Shown here piece after piece: positions 9,368 to 22,298 of a stretch of 64,000 nt of DNA; position 1 is the stretch's first letter; every line of letters starts with the position of its first letter. A program made the translations under genes and the position numbers. The stretch spans positions 384,001-448,000 of the forward strand of contig CAVXTM010000001.1 in NCBI GenBank assembly GCA_963764725.1, given 5' to 3'. The notes beneath the pieces are model-generated. The model was not told the origin of the DNA, did no database searches, and saw only the letters and a list, made by a program, of their open reading frames with translations. Source of the stretch: an uncultured Gammaproteobacteria bacterium (lineage in GTDB: Bacteria > Pseudomonadota > Gammaproteobacteria > JACCXJ01).

Positions 9368-11148
9368 AAGGCTTCCTCCCAAGTCTTGCTGAGCCGCATG
9401 GCCGAGACGATGAGGCCGACCATCGAGTAAGTCTGTGGATAGTTGCCCCAGAGCTCGCCTGTCGCGGGATCGATATCCTCGGAGAGCAGGCCGAGGTAGT
9501 TACGACACGAAAGCACATGCTCGAAGATCTCACGGGCCTCATCACGACGACCGATCGCGGCGAGCGCGTCGATGTACCACAGCGTACAGACGGCGAACGC
9601 GGTCTCCGGTAGACCGAAGTCGTCGGTTGCGGCATAGCGCAACAGATACCTGCCCTTCAACAAATGCCGCTCGACGGCCGCCACGGTTCCGAGGAAGCGG
9701 GGATCGGCGGCGGATACGAATCCGACTTCATGCAACAGCAACAGGCTCGCGTCGAGGTCCTTGCCGTCGAAGCTTTCTACGAAGCTCTGCTCCTCGCTGT
9801 TCCAGGCCCGCTCCAGGATCGTGCGGCGCAGCCGGTCAGCCTGCTCCCACCAATACACGCTACGTTCTGCTAGACCTAGGCGGGTCGCGATGCGCGCGAG
9901 CCGACTGCACGCCGCCCAGCACATGACGCTCGAAAAGGTGTGTACGCGGGTCCGCCCGCGATATTCCCAGAGGCTCGAGTCGGGCTCGAGTCCGAGCAAC
10001 ACCGCCTGATTGCCGAGCTTCTCGAGGATCTGAAACAGAGCGATGTCGCCGGGGCGTGGCAGGCGCTGATCAAAAAACATCTGCGCCGCCGCCATGACGA
10101 CGCTGCCATAGGCGTCATGCTGGGCCTGCGCGGCCGCGGCATTGCCGACCCGAACCGGTCCCATGCCGCGGTAGCCGTCGAGGCCCTCGACGATGCACTC
10201 CTCGAGCGAGGTACCGGGCACGATCGGGTAGAGCGGCTTCAAGCGTCCTTCGGGCTCGAGCGCGGTGATGTTGGCGATGAACCGGATGTAGTTTTCCATC
10301 GTGCGGGTCGCGCCCAGGCGATTGAGCGCGTGCACGACGAAATATGCGTCGCGCGGCCAGCAGTAGCGGTAGTCCCAGTTGCGCTCTGTGTTGGGCGCCT
10401 CGGGAATAGAGGTGGTCAGAGCCGCGACGATTGCGCCGGTCTCGTCGAAGCTGCAGAGCTTGAGCGTGATTGCCGCGCGCAGCACCACGTCCTGCCACTC
10501 AAAGGGCACCGTAAGGTAGCGACACCAGTCATGCCAGTAGTCCACGGTCTGCTCGAGATAGTCCCGCACCATGACGTCGATCGCCTCGCTCGGCGAGTCA
10601 TCCGGGCCGAGGACGAGATGGGCGGGAGTCTGTAAGGCGAACTTGACCTCCTCGGCGATGTAGGTCACCGAGACATCGGTGGTGATGCGCAGGGAAAGAT
10701 CGGGCGAAAAAAAGCTCAGATGATTGCTCTCCAGCCTGCGCTCGGGCTCGACGGCGCCATAACCGAAGCGCGGCCTGGCGCGGATGCGGATCAGGCATGT
10801 CCCGCTCACGGGCTCGATCTTGCGCACGAGCATCGGCGGGCGCGCGATGCGGGCGTAGTGCTTGAACCGGGGCGCAAAATCGGTGATCCGGATCGTCGCG
10901 CCGGACGCGTCGGTGAGCGTGGTGACGAGGACGGCGGAATTGCCCCAATAGGACTGCTGAGTTGAGGCGAGTCCTTCAAGCTCGACGTCAAGGAAACCAT
11001 CGGCCGCATCACCGCGGTCGCGCAGCAGACTGCAAAACACGGGATCTCCGTCAAGACGCGGATAACAACACCAGACATAGCGGCCGCGTTGATTGATCAA
11101 GGCCCCCAGCATGCAGTTGCCGATCACGGCGAGATTCAAGTCTTGCAT
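9352..11148 (-). CDS. Glycoside hydrolase family 15 (trehalase/glucoamylase-like)
   Basis: GAIVAALTTSIPE, RNWDYRYCWPRD, LGLLSED, WGNYPQTYS motifs. Confidence 0.93.
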   Translation of the reverse strand: MQDLNLAVIGNCMLGALINQRGRYVWCCYPRLDGDPVFCSLLRDRGDAADGFLDVELEGLASTQQSYWGNSAVLVTTLTDASGATIRITDFAPRFKHYARIARPPMLVRKIEPVSGTCLIRIRARPRFGYGAVEPERRLESNHLSFFSPDLSLRITTDVSVTYIAEEVKFALQTPAHLVLGPDDSPSEAIDVMVRDYLEQTVDYWHDWCRYLTVPFEWQDVVLRAAITLKLCSFDETGAIVAALTTSIPEAPNTERNWDYRYCWPRDAYFVVHALNRLGATRTMENYIRFIANITALEPEGRLKPLYPIVPGTSLEECIVEGLDGYRGMGPVRVGNAAAAQAQHDAYGSVVMAAAQMFFDQRLPRPGDIALFQILEKLGNQAVLLGLEPDSSLWEYRGRTRVHTFSSVMCWAACSRLARIATRLGLAERSVYWWEQADRLRRTILERAWNSEEQSFVESFDGKDLDASLLLLHEVGFVSAADPRFLGTVAAVERHLLKGRYLLRYAATDDFGLPETAFAVCTLWYIDALAAIGRRDEAREIFEHVLSCRNYLGLLSEDIDPATGELWGNYPQTYSMVGLIVSAMRLSKTWEEAFWRNW

Positions 11149-11211
11149 GGGGCCTCCGCTGCGTGGGCCACCCCAGGCCCCGGTGGTAGGTGGGGGCGCG
11201 CGAGTAGACTT

Positions 11212-11560
11212 TCATCCATCACGGACCTCCTGGACATTGGTTATAAGTGGCATTACCAGCGCTTGTTCGATGAATCTTCGGATCTCCTCGACGCGGCGCT
11301 GCGAATTCACCTCGATGGTGAGGCGGTGTCCGTCGATCTTGATGGCTCCAAGCACCCTGTTTTCCCAGCCGCAGTACTGGGCATTACCACGCTTCAACCA
11401 CGAAAAGTGGACAGTTACGAGATTCCCTTGCGCGTTTCGTACGGCATCGCTCCGCAGATTCTCGTCGGTCTCATCAAGGCAGAGGTGCTTGAGCGCATCG
11501 AAGGCTCCCTGCGGTGAGTGGATGTCGTAGACCAGTTTTTGCAGAGAGAGCGTATCGCTA
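11212..11560 (-). pseudogene. Internal fragment of a hypothetical protein
   Basis: Protein-like stretch VLGAIKIDGHRLTIEVNSQRRVEEIRRFIE with no credible start. Confidence 0.4.
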
Positions 11561-11721
11561 TCCGTATTTTGCAGCCCACTGCGCGCCAAGACATTTAGCA
11601 CTCTTGCGTCCGAACGCTCGACGGTTTCGCGGAGAGTAGCACGACGAGCGCGCTCTTGTGAAATAGACCGGTTGTATCGAGCGAGGGACCCGGCACATGA
11701 CACGCGCCGGTTCTGTCACCT

Positions 11722-12024
11722 CTAACGGCTGAGGCGGGCCACCAGAACACTTATCGACAGGTAGTTTACCGTGGAGCCGCCGACGCCACTAACGTAAAGT
11801 GCAAGCACAATAGCTCCAAACACAGGAAGGTTCTCGATGCAGTTCGCGTGAGCCCGCATCGAGCGCCGATACCAGTCCTCACCCTCGACCTGATTAGCCC
11901 GGAAATCGCGGATCGGAACTCGTCCGCTAAGAATTCGACTCCAGGGATACACCCCAACAGTTGAAAGTAGCAAAAGCACTGTCCACGCCGCGAACCCGAG
12001 CAACATCCACATCGGTACCGTCAT
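11722..12024 (-). pseudogene. MAPEG family membrane protein, C-terminally truncated; cassette-like
   Basis: RSMRAHANCIENLPVF motif; RBS GGGAGG; ends abruptly at a GTTAGAG. Confidence 0.75.
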
Positions 12025-12051
12025 AGATGAGCCTCCCATTTCAGATGTGGC

Positions 12052-12153
12052 CATAAACGTTTGACATGAGCGGCACACAACGGCGGCACGGCGCCAGACG
12101 GAGCGCACCATTGTGCCCCGCCGTTGTGTGTCCGTTCGATGGAAGGGTTAGGG
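12052..12153 (-). mobile_element. Integron attC site
   Basis: CCCTAACCCTTCCATCGAACGGAC...long imperfect palindrome...GCCGCTCATGTCAAACGTT; right core GTTTATG is degenerate. Confidence 0.8.
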
Positions 12154-12176
12154 TACATTCTCGCGCACACTTCGAC

Positions 12177-12425
12177 TCAGCTGCTTTCGATGCGAACCAG
12201 CTTCATGCGCCCGGAGGCACCGCTTTTGATGGAAACGGCGGACTTTCGGCAGGCGAAGTGCTTGGCGACCAATGCAATGAGTTCTTCGTTGGCCCTTCCG
12301 TCTATGGGCGGTGACTTGAGTTGAGCAAGCCATACGTCGGGGCTTGTTTCCTCCAGGACGCTGATGCGCGCGCTGGGCTTGACCTTCACCTGAATCACCT
12401 TGACGGTGCTCGTGCCTGTGCTCAA
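12177..12425 (-). CDS. DUF167 (YggU-like) protein, cassette-borne
   Basis: VKVKP, PPIDGRANEEL, GASGRMK motifs; preceded by GTTAGGG and followed by attC. Confidence 0.85.
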   Translation of the reverse strand: MSTGTSTVKVIQVKVKPSARISVLEETSPDVWLAQLKSPPIDGRANEELIALVAKHFACRKSAVSIKSGASGRMKLVRIESS

Positions 12426-12796
12426 CGCGCTCTCCGCTACAAGACAATTGGGGCCGACACTCTGTGTGCCCTAACTGTTATGCGAACAGAACATCATTCC
12501 ATCTATCTCTTCCCGCAATAGTCTGGTCGTAGCCCAAAAAGAGAATAGGCAGTAGCCGACCCTTTCCGGCCAAACGCGAATGGTTAGCGCTTTTCCGCTA
12601 AGCGGACACACGCAAGCAGTTCAATCTTGGCGAGCTTATCCTGGCTCACGCCCTGAAAATCGCGTGATCGGATAGTTTTCGCGCACCACAGACCCCTCCG
12701 CTGTTTCTGTGCGTTCCGCCGCTAAACACCGGTACCCTCATGACGGATTTACAACGCGGTCCTGGAACAGAATGCTTCCGGTGCTTTTATCGCGGA

Positions 12797-13070
12797 TCAG
12801 GTATACGAACGGGTGATCGGCGCGGAACGTGGCCCGCGGCGGGCGCCCTGGACTTCCTTCCTGAGGGTGCCGAACGCAGGGTGCAGCCGCCCCTGATCGA
12901 GTGAGAAGTGCATGGTCTTGGCCATCTGCGTCGCGGTCTCGCCACGAGTGCCAGCGTAGGTCATGGCGAGCACGTTGGAGATACTGTAAGGCGAGAAGAA
13001 CAGGGTGCCGTCCTGTTGGGCCAGCCGACCATACAAGTCGAGGGCGAAGGTGTTGCTGTCATTAGATTGC
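12797..13070 (-). pseudogene. Serpin N-terminal fragment
   Basis: NTFALDLYGRL...FFSPYSISNVLAMTYAGTRGETATQM, the serpin N-terminal signature; truncated at both ends. Confidence 0.8.
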
Positions 13071-13108
13071 CTAGCTGTAGCTTTTGTTGGATGGCCTTGG
13101 AGCCTAGG

Positions 13109-14464
13109 CTATTTCCCGACGCAAAACGTAGAAAAAATTTCACCTAAAAGCTCTTCGCTAGTAAAATCGCCGGTGATTTCACTTAAGGCTTGCTGGGCCA
13201 GGCGCAGGTGTTCCGCCACGAGCTCCGGTCCGCGCGCGGCGAGGAACGCCTCTTGGGCGTCTTGTACGCACGCCTGTACCCGCCGCAGGGCATCCACATG
13301 GCGCTTGCGCGCACTGAAGGCACCGGCGGAAGCTTCATGGTAATCCACGCAGCTCTTTAAATACTGCTCGAGGAGCTCCACGCCGGCGCCCGTCTTCGCC
13401 GAGAGATAGACCGCATCACCGCCGGGCACAGCGAGCGCAGCTGGCTCCACGCCGATGAGGTCGATCTTGTTGTGTACCCACGTCAGGCGCGCACCCGCGG
13501 GAAGCCCCTCGATTGGATCGCCGGGATCGCGGGCTCCGGGATCGCTCGCGTCAAGCACGAAGAGCACGTGATCTGCTTGGGCGACCACCGTGCGGGTGCG
13601 CCGGATCCCCTCACTTTCAACCGGGTCGGACGTGGCGCGCAAGCCCGCAGTATCGGTGAAATGGAACGGCATCCCGCCGAGGCTGATCTCGACGTGGATC
13701 GCATCGCGCGTGGTGCCGGCCACGGCAGTCACGATCGCGCAATCTTCGCGCGCCAAGCGATTCAAGAGACTCGATTTGCCGACATTCGGGGGGCCTGCGA
13801 TCACTACCCGCACACCATCGGTGAGCATTCGCCCGAGTGTCGCCTGCGTGATCAGCCTGGCGGTCGCACTGAGGGCGCCCTCCAGTTGTTCGCCCAAACC
13901 CGCCGAATCCACTGCGTCGATCTCCTCCTCGGGGAAATCGAGTATCCCTTCTAGATGTACCCGTACCGCGACGAGCTGCCCGAGGATCTCGCGCACGCGC
14001 GCCGAGAACTCCCCTTCCAAGGAGCGTAGAGCGGCGCGCGCGGTTTCGGCCGTCGCGCTATCGATGAGATCCGCGATGGCCTCGGCTTGAGTGAGATCAA
14101 GTTTGCCGTTCAGGAAAGCGCGTTCCGAAAATTCTCCGGGGTGCGCCAGCCGGGCACCGAGGCTCGATACCCTTTGCAGCAGCAGGTCCAGCACCACTGG
14201 GCTGCCATGAGCATGCAATTCTAAAACGTCTTCGCCGGTATAAGAATGCGGTGCTTCGTAAAGCAGAGCGATCCCTTGATCCAGCGTTTCGCCGTCAGTC
14301 CCCACAAAGCACGCATAGGTCGCGACGCGCGGCGAGAGTGGCCGGCGAATGATGTTATCGGCAATTACGCGGGCCAATGGCCCCGAGATACGCACAATCC
14401 CGACACCTCCCCGTCCGGGCGGGGAGGCGATGGCGGTTATGGTATCCCGTTCAGGGGCTACCAC
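13109..14464 (-). CDS. mnmE: tRNA modification GTPase
   Basis: DTITAIASPPGRGGVGIVRISG, GPPNVGKSSL, DTAG, NKID, C-terminal FCVGK. Confidence 0.97.
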   Translation of the reverse strand: MVAPERDTITAIASPPGRGGVGIVRISGPLARVIADNIIRRPLSPRVATYACFVGTDGETLDQGIALLYEAPHSYTGEDVLELHAHGSPVVLDLLLQRVSSLGARLAHPGEFSERAFLNGKLDLTQAEAIADLIDSATAETARAALRSLEGEFSARVREILGQLVAVRVHLEGILDFPEEEIDAVDSAGLGEQLEGALSATARLITQATLGRMLTDGVRVVIAGPPNVGKSSLLNRLAREDCAIVTAVAGTTRDAIHVEISLGGMPFHFTDTAGLRATSDPVESEGIRRTRTVVAQADHVLFVLDASDPGARDPGDPIEGLPAGARLTWVHNKIDLIGVEPAALAVPGGDAVYLSAKTGAGVELLEQYLKSCVDYHEASAGAFSARKRHVDALRRVQACVQDAQEAFLAARGPELVAEHLRLAQQALSEITGDFTSEELLGEIFSTFCVGK

Positions 14465-14566
14465 GTGGCAAGGCCAGCACGAACATGACTGGCGGCAGTC
14501 TCAATACCGAAAGCGCACGAAGACTAACGGGAACCGCCCGTCGCACAGGCATGCTCCGGCGCGCTT

Positions 14567-16222
14567 CTAACCTGCCTTAGCCGGGTGTGCCGCTTCGCCA
14601 TATTGCTTGTTGATCAACCATTGCTGGCCGATCGACAGTACGTTGTTTGCAAGCCAATAGAGGACCAACCCCGAAGGGAAAAACGAGAAAAAAACAGTAA
14701 GCACGATGGGCAGAAGCTGCATGACTTTCTGCTGCATGGGGTCGATTGGAGTCGGATTAAGCTTATATTGTATAAGCATAGTGGCACCCATTAGCACCGG
14801 TAGAACAAAAAACGGATCGGGTGCAGACAGGTCTTTTATCCAGAACCCGAACGGCGCTTGGCGTAATTCCACGCTTTCAAGCAACACCCAGTATAAAGCG
14901 ATAAAGACCGGGATCTGCACGAGGATTGGCAGGCAGCCACCAAAGGGATTGACCTTCTCTTCTTTGTAAAGCTCCATGACGGCTTGATTCATTTTCATGC
15001 GGTCGTCTTCGTGACGCTCGCGCAGTGCCTGCAAGCGGGGCTGGAGCTTCTTCATCTTCGCCATCGAGCGATAGCTTGCCGCGGATAATTGAAAGAACAT
15101 CACTTTCAAAATGACCGTCACACCCACGATGGCCCAACCCCAGTTGCCGGTGAAGCGGTGAAGCTGCTCCAACAACCAAAAAATCGGCTTACCTATGAAC
15201 CATAGCACGCCGTAGTCCACCGTGAGCTCAAGCCCGGGAGCAATCTTCTCGAGGCTGTGCTGAAGCTTTGGGCCTAAGAAAATCCTCATGTCGATCGCAT
15301 CATCTGCCCCGGAGGGGACGGTCACTTCCGGCCCATAGAGGCCGATCAGATAGCGTTTCCCGTCGTCCAAAATCTTCGAATAATAGTGGAAAATCTCCTT
15401 AGGATCGGGAACTAGCGCAACGACGAAATAGTGCTGCAGCATCGCTGCCCAACCGTTAGCGACATCGCGTTCTATAGGCTTTTCCTGCATGTCATCGAAA
15501 TCGATCTTCTCGTAAGGCTTTTCCGGGCTCGAGATGGCGGCCCCAGTATAGGTATAAATAAAACCGGCCCTCGACTCTGAATGGCTGCGCTGAAGCTGGC
15601 CATAAACGCGGCCGGCCCAAGGGTTGGGTCCCTCGTTTGCAATTTCATAGCGCAGGTTGACGAGATAGCTACCGCGCTCGAACGTGTAGATCTTCCGTAC
15701 CGTAAGTCCTTGCACCGGACCCCAGGTAAATACGACTTTTAGCGAATTCTTGGCGTTTTCCAAGTCGTAAGCGCTTTGCTCGCTCCGATATTCGCTGTGA
15801 TGATCCGGGGCAACATCCGCGCTTCTTAACCCTCCTTGCACAACGAACGTTAGCGATTCGCTCCGGTCAAGTAAAACAAACGGTTTATCAGAGGCGTCCA
15901 CGGACACGGGAAATTCAAGCAGCTTCGCTTTTTCGATGACCGCGCCGATCTTGTTAATGTTGAGATCCAGGACATCGGTTCTGACCCGGACGTACGAATC
16001 CTCCTTGCCTTCCGGCTCGGCCTCTTCATCGGAAACCGCTGCGCTAGCCTCCTTACCGTGCTCTATGGTGGGAATGTCGGCCTCCTTAGGTGCCGTAGTC
16101 TCACCGGTTGTTGATCGTGGCCATGGGGATTCGAGGCTACCGTAATCACGCTGCCAGGCCTGCCAAATAAGCAGGGAAATAATACATAGCCCTGCGATCA
16201 TCAGTAATCTAACGTTATCCAT
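14567..16222 (-). CDS. yidC: Membrane protein insertase
   Basis: VDYG, GNWGWAI, GGCLPILVQIPVF, GLVLYW motifs; conserved synteny. Confidence 0.97.
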   Translation of the reverse strand: MDNVRLLMIAGLCIISLLIWQAWQRDYGSLESPWPRSTTGETTAPKEADIPTIEHGKEASAAVSDEEAEPEGKEDSYVRVRTDVLDLNINKIGAVIEKAKLLEFPVSVDASDKPFVLLDRSESLTFVVQGGLRSADVAPDHHSEYRSEQSAYDLENAKNSLKVVFTWGPVQGLTVRKIYTFERGSYLVNLRYEIANEGPNPWAGRVYGQLQRSHSESRAGFIYTYTGAAISSPEKPYEKIDFDDMQEKPIERDVANGWAAMLQHYFVVALVPDPKEIFHYYSKILDDGKRYLIGLYGPEVTVPSGADDAIDMRIFLGPKLQHSLEKIAPGLELTVDYGVLWFIGKPIFWLLEQLHRFTGNWGWAIVGVTVILKVMFFQLSAASYRSMAKMKKLQPRLQALRERHEDDRMKMNQAVMELYKEEKVNPFGGCLPILVQIPVFIALYWVLLESVELRQAPFGFWIKDLSAPDPFFVLPVLMGATMLIQYKLNPTPIDPMQQKVMQLLPIVLTVFFSFFPSGLVLYWLANNVLSIGQQWLINKQYGEAAHPAKAG

Positions 16223-16227
16223 CTATC

Positions 16228-16449
16228 CTAACCCTTAGCACGTGGTACCGGATCAACCCCTCCGGGGTGAAACGGATGACAATTGCATATACGTTTTATA
16301 GTCAAGCGAAGTCCCCGCGCTATACCATGTAATGCGATTGCCTCGGCGGCATATTGCGAACAACTCGGGTGGAAGCGGCAGTGCCGCCCCATGAACGGGC
16401 TCACGACCCTCGTGTAGAGGCTAATGACGGAAATCAAAACTCTCTGCAT
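16228..16449 (-). CDS. yidD: Membrane protein insertion efficiency factor
   Basis: CRFHPSCSQY...CHPFHPGGVDPVP. Confidence 0.93.
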   Translation of the reverse strand: MQRVLISVISLYTRVVSPFMGRHCRFHPSCSQYAAEAIALHGIARGLRLTIKRICNCHPFHPGGVDPVPRAKG

Positions 16450-16787
16450 CGCGCGACACGAGCCCAATGGAAGTCAAGTAGATCACGGAACTGCATCCCG
16501 GTGAGCTCGCACGCGGGTTTACGAACTATGACTAGCGTATCGAAGCCGGCAGCAAGCTTTGGCTTGTGGTGGCGGAAGAACTCACGCACACGTCGTTTTA
16601 ATCGATTCCTCTTTACCGCAAGGCGAACCTGTTTTTTCGGAACTGCTATACCCAACCTGGCTCGGGTCAATCCATTGCGGCACCTAAGCACCATTACGTA
16701 GCGGTCGCTAGATTTGCATCGAGCCGAAACAAGGCGTTGGAAATCCCGACGCTCTTTGACTCTATCGTCCGCAGAAAAGGATACTAG
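16434..16787 (-). CDS. rnpA: Ribonuclease P protein component (start codon uncertain)
   Basis: RLGIAVPKK..AVKRNRLKRRVRE (RNR motif); frame stays open upstream through FSADDRVKERRDFQRL. Confidence 0.9.
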   Translation of the reverse strand, partial: LVSFSADDRVKERRDFQRLVSARCKSSDRYVMVLRCRNGLTRARLGIAVPKKQVRLAVKRNRLKRRVREFFRHHKPKLAAGFDTLVIVRKPACELTGMQFRDLLDFHWARVARCREF

Positions 16788-16807
16788 GGCCCTCGCTTGC
16801 TTATTAG

Positions 16808-16942
16808 TTAGGCCGTCAATCGCTTGCGGCCTTTTGCACGCCTGGCCTTGATCACTGACCGCCCGGCCTTGGTTCTTATCCGAGCACGGAAACCATGCGT
16901 CCTCTTACGCTTGATTTTGCTCGGTTGGTAAGTACGTTTCAT
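16808..16942 (-). CDS. rpmH: 50S ribosomal protein L34
   Basis: Manual translation [44 protein letters not shown]. Confidence 0.98.
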   Translation of the reverse strand: MKRTYQPSKIKRKRTHGFRARIRTKAGRSVIKARRAKGRKRLTA

Positions 16943-17134
16943 GACAAAGTACCAGGGATAACTGGCATGCAAAATAAGCGTGAGATGTTGTACGAATAAG
17001 CTTGGTCTGTCAAATCATGATGGTTTCTCCTCATAAAGATAAAGCCACCGCGGGCTGGCTAGGTACCATGAATCGGGTATAAACTTTTCAGCATCCTACT
17101 CGTTTCTATAACACATCATATAGAGGAAGGTTCT

Positions 17135-18466
17135 ATGGGGGGATCTCTGTGGCAACACTGCCTCGCCAAACTAGAGTGCGAATTACCACCACAACAATTC
17201 AGCACCTGGATTAGACCTCTCCATGCGGTGGAAGAGGGCCAAAATCTCAAGTTGCTAGCCCCCAACCGGTTCGTACTTGAGTGGATCAAGGACAGGTACC
17301 TTGAGCGGATAATAGACCTCGTCACTCATCTTCCAGAAGCCCAGGGCGTGAAGGTCTACCTCTCGGTCGGGAGCCATTCGGGGCGGACCTTGGCAGGTAA
17401 AATGCCGCATTATTTGCCCAAGAGTAGCAACCCGGATGCCCCGATTAACCGTGGACTAAAACCAGGCTTTACCTTCGAGACCTTCGTCGAGGGCAAATCC
17501 AACCAGCTTGCGCGAGCCGCGTCCCTGCAGGTCGCCGAGAATCCAGGAGCCGCATATAATCCACTTTTTATCTGCGGTGGGGTTGGGCTCGGCAAGACGC
17601 ACTGCATGCATGCAGTCGGAAACATGATTTGCCGGATCCGCCCAAATGCGAATGTTGTATACCTGCACTCCGAACGCTTCGTCGCAGATATGGTAAAGGC
17701 ACTGCAACACAACACGATCAACGACTTCAAGCGTTTCTATCGATCCGTCGATGCCTTGCTAATCGATGATATTCAGTTTTTTGCGGGCAAGGAGCGCTCT
17801 CAGGAGGAGTTCTTCCATACCTTCAATGCTCTGCTCGAAGGTCAACAACAAATTGTTCTAACGTGTGATCGTTACCCGAAAGAGGTCCAAGGCGTCGAGG
17901 AACGACTAAAATCGCGCTTTGGATGGGGTCTTATGGTTGCCATTGAACCCCCGGAACTAGAAACCCGCGTTGCAATTCTAATGATCAAGGCTGAATTGGC
18001 TCGAATCGTGCTTTCTTACGAGGTTGCTTTTTTTATCGGGAAGCGCTTTCGCTCCAATGTGAGGGAGTTGGAAGGCGCGCTGCATCGTGTCATTGCAAAC
18101 TCTCAATTCACCGGACGACCCATAACTCTCGAATTCGCAAAGGATGCCTTAAAAGACCTACTTGCGTTAAACGACAAACTGGTAACGATCGATAGCATCC
18201 AAAAAACCGTAGCGGACTTTTACAAAACACGCGTGTCCGACCTAGTATCGCACCGCCGCAATCGCTCTATCGCGCGTCCTCGGCAAATCGCGATCGCATT
18301 ATCCAAAGACTTGACTAATCATAGCCTTCCGGAGATCGGCGATGCTTTTGGAGGTAGAGATCACACCACCGTTCTGCATGCGTGCCGAAAAGTATCCGAA
18401 TTACGCAAGCTCGAACAACGCTTTGACGACGATTACTTAACACTTTATAGGATCCTGACCACATGA
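17135..18466 (+). CDS. dnaA: Chromosomal replication initiator
   Basis: [43 protein letters not shown]. Confidence 0.98.
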   Translation: MGGSLWQHCLAKLECELPPQQFSTWIRPLHAVEEGQNLKLLAPNRFVLEWIKDRYLERIIDLVTHLPEAQGVKVYLSVGSHSGRTLAGKMPHYLPKSSNPDAPINRGLKPGFTFETFVEGKSNQLARAASLQVAENPGAAYNPLFICGGVGLGKTHCMHAVGNMICRIRPNANVVYLHSERFVADMVKALQHNTINDFKRFYRSVDALLIDDIQFFAGKERSQEEFFHTFNALLEGQQQIVLTCDRYPKEVQGVEERLKSRFGWGLMVAIEPPELETRVAILMIKAELARIVLSYEVAFFIGKRFRSNVRELEGALHRVIANSQFTGRPITLEFAKDALKDLLALNDKLVTIDSIQKTVADFYKTRVSDLVSHRRNRSIARPRQIAIALSKDLTNHSLPEIGDAFGGRDHTTVLHACRKVSELRKLEQRFDDDYLTLYRILTT

Positions 18467-18661
18467 TGTGAATTCCCTGTGAACAATCCCATACGCATGA
18501 TCCCCATTTCATCTTGTTCATCTTTTATCCACAGAAAGTACGCTCTGTTACTACCTAAATATCCACCAAAAGCTACGCATTTAAGCTCCTGTTTATTAGA
18601 CCAAGCTTTAGATCGATGCAGTTAAACTGCTTTGCACTAATAGCGAAATTAATACAAGCCT
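18467..18661. promoter_or_regulatory. Probable oriC segment
   Basis: Perfect DnaA box TTATCCACA at 18525-18533, near-matches (TGTGAACAA, ATATCCACC), AT-rich dnaA-dnaN spacer. Confidence 0.7.
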
Positions 18662-19762
18662 ATGAAATTATCTATTGAGCGTGAGAGGCTCCTTTCGCCG
18701 TTGCAAAAGTTAAGTGGGATCCTGGATCGAAATCAATCCACCCCCATTCTGGGCCATGTGTTGGTGTCGGCACGCGAAGATTCTGTGTCATGCTCCGCGA
18801 CCGACATGGAAGTGGAGCTTGTCGTTGTTGTCGAGCAAGGTGCGGCGGAGGCCGGTGAGATAACCCTTCCGGGAAGGAAGCTATTAGACATCTGTCGGGC
18901 GCTGCCGTCCGCGTCACGAATCGATATTTCTTGCCAAAGTGGTCAGGCCGTCATTCGTTCCGGTAGAAGCCGTTTTACGCTGCAAACACTGCCGGCAGCC
19001 GAGTTCCCAAGCTTTACCGCGTTTTCTCCGCGAGTGACCTTCGATATTACAAGCCGACAATTACGGGCACTTCTTGAAGAAACTCATTTTGCTATGGCCC
19101 AGCAGGATGTCAGATATTATTTAAACGGCCTCTTAATCGAGATTGGCCCGGGCAGGATCCGGGCGGTAGCCACGGATGGGCATCGGCTAGCCCTCAAAGA
19201 CATACCAGCAAGTCCTGCTGTAGTGGAACCGATGCAAATTATTGTACCTAGAAAAGCGGTTATTGAATTGCTCAAGATGCTGGATGGGGACGACGGCGAA
19301 GCCAGCCTATCGATTAGCGATAACCACTTTCAGGTACAAGGAGTGAATGGCACGTTTACTTCCAAACTTATTGATGGGCGATATCCAGACTACGAGAGGG
19401 TGTTACCGCATAACACAAACAAGATCGTGATCGCCGATCGGGAGTTGCTGCGACAGGGTCTGGCGCGAAGCGCTATCTTATGTACCGACCGTTTCAAGGG
19501 CGTACGTATTTCGCTCGATCGAGATACATTACGCTCATGCGGTCAAAATGCGGAGCGGGAGGAATCGGAAGAACAGATCGAGGTTAGCTACAACGATGAC
19601 TTTCTGGAAGTAGGTTTTAACATTATCTATTTGATCGATGCGCTTGCGGCGATTAAAACGTCCCAGGTACGGCTTGAATTTAAGGATACGGGTAGCAGTT
19701 GTGTGATTAGGCCGGACGGGGATTCGACGAACCTCTATGTTGTTATGCCTATGCGAATTTGA
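18662..19762 (+). CDS. dnaN: DNA polymerase III beta clamp
   Basis: ATDMEVE, QDVRYYLNG, ATDGHRLA, C-terminal VVMPMRI. Confidence 0.97.
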   Translation: MKLSIERERLLSPLQKLSGILDRNQSTPILGHVLVSAREDSVSCSATDMEVELVVVVEQGAAEAGEITLPGRKLLDICRALPSASRIDISCQSGQAVIRSGRSRFTLQTLPAAEFPSFTAFSPRVTFDITSRQLRALLEETHFAMAQQDVRYYLNGLLIEIGPGRIRAVATDGHRLALKDIPASPAVVEPMQIIVPRKAVIELLKMLDGDDGEASLSISDNHFQVQGVNGTFTSKLIDGRYPDYERVLPHNTNKIVIADRELLRQGLARSAILCTDRFKGVRISLDRDTLRSCGQNAEREESEEQIEVSYNDDFLEVGFNIIYLIDALAAIKTSQVRLEFKDTGSSCVIRPDGDSTNLYVVMPMRI

Positions 19763-19805
19763 AAGGTGTGTTTTCTTAAGGCTTGCTGTGTGAATATGGT
19801 TTAGA

Positions 19806-19821
19806 CGTTTCACGTGGAACA
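19806..19821. promoter_or_regulatory. parS centromere-like site
   Basis: CGTTTCACGTGGAACA, close to the palindromic parS consensus; origin-proximal. Confidence 0.8.
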
Positions 19822-19837
19822 TAGGCGGCTGTGGTAA

Positions 19838-22273
<2,436 letters not shown>

Positions 22274-22298
22274 GCGCGAGATAGCAAGAACACCGGTG

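Noticed and set aside
12500-12830. Possible intI remnant next to the cassettes
   Set aside because: Only a weak resemblance (IADQVYERV); no tyrosine-recombinase motifs.
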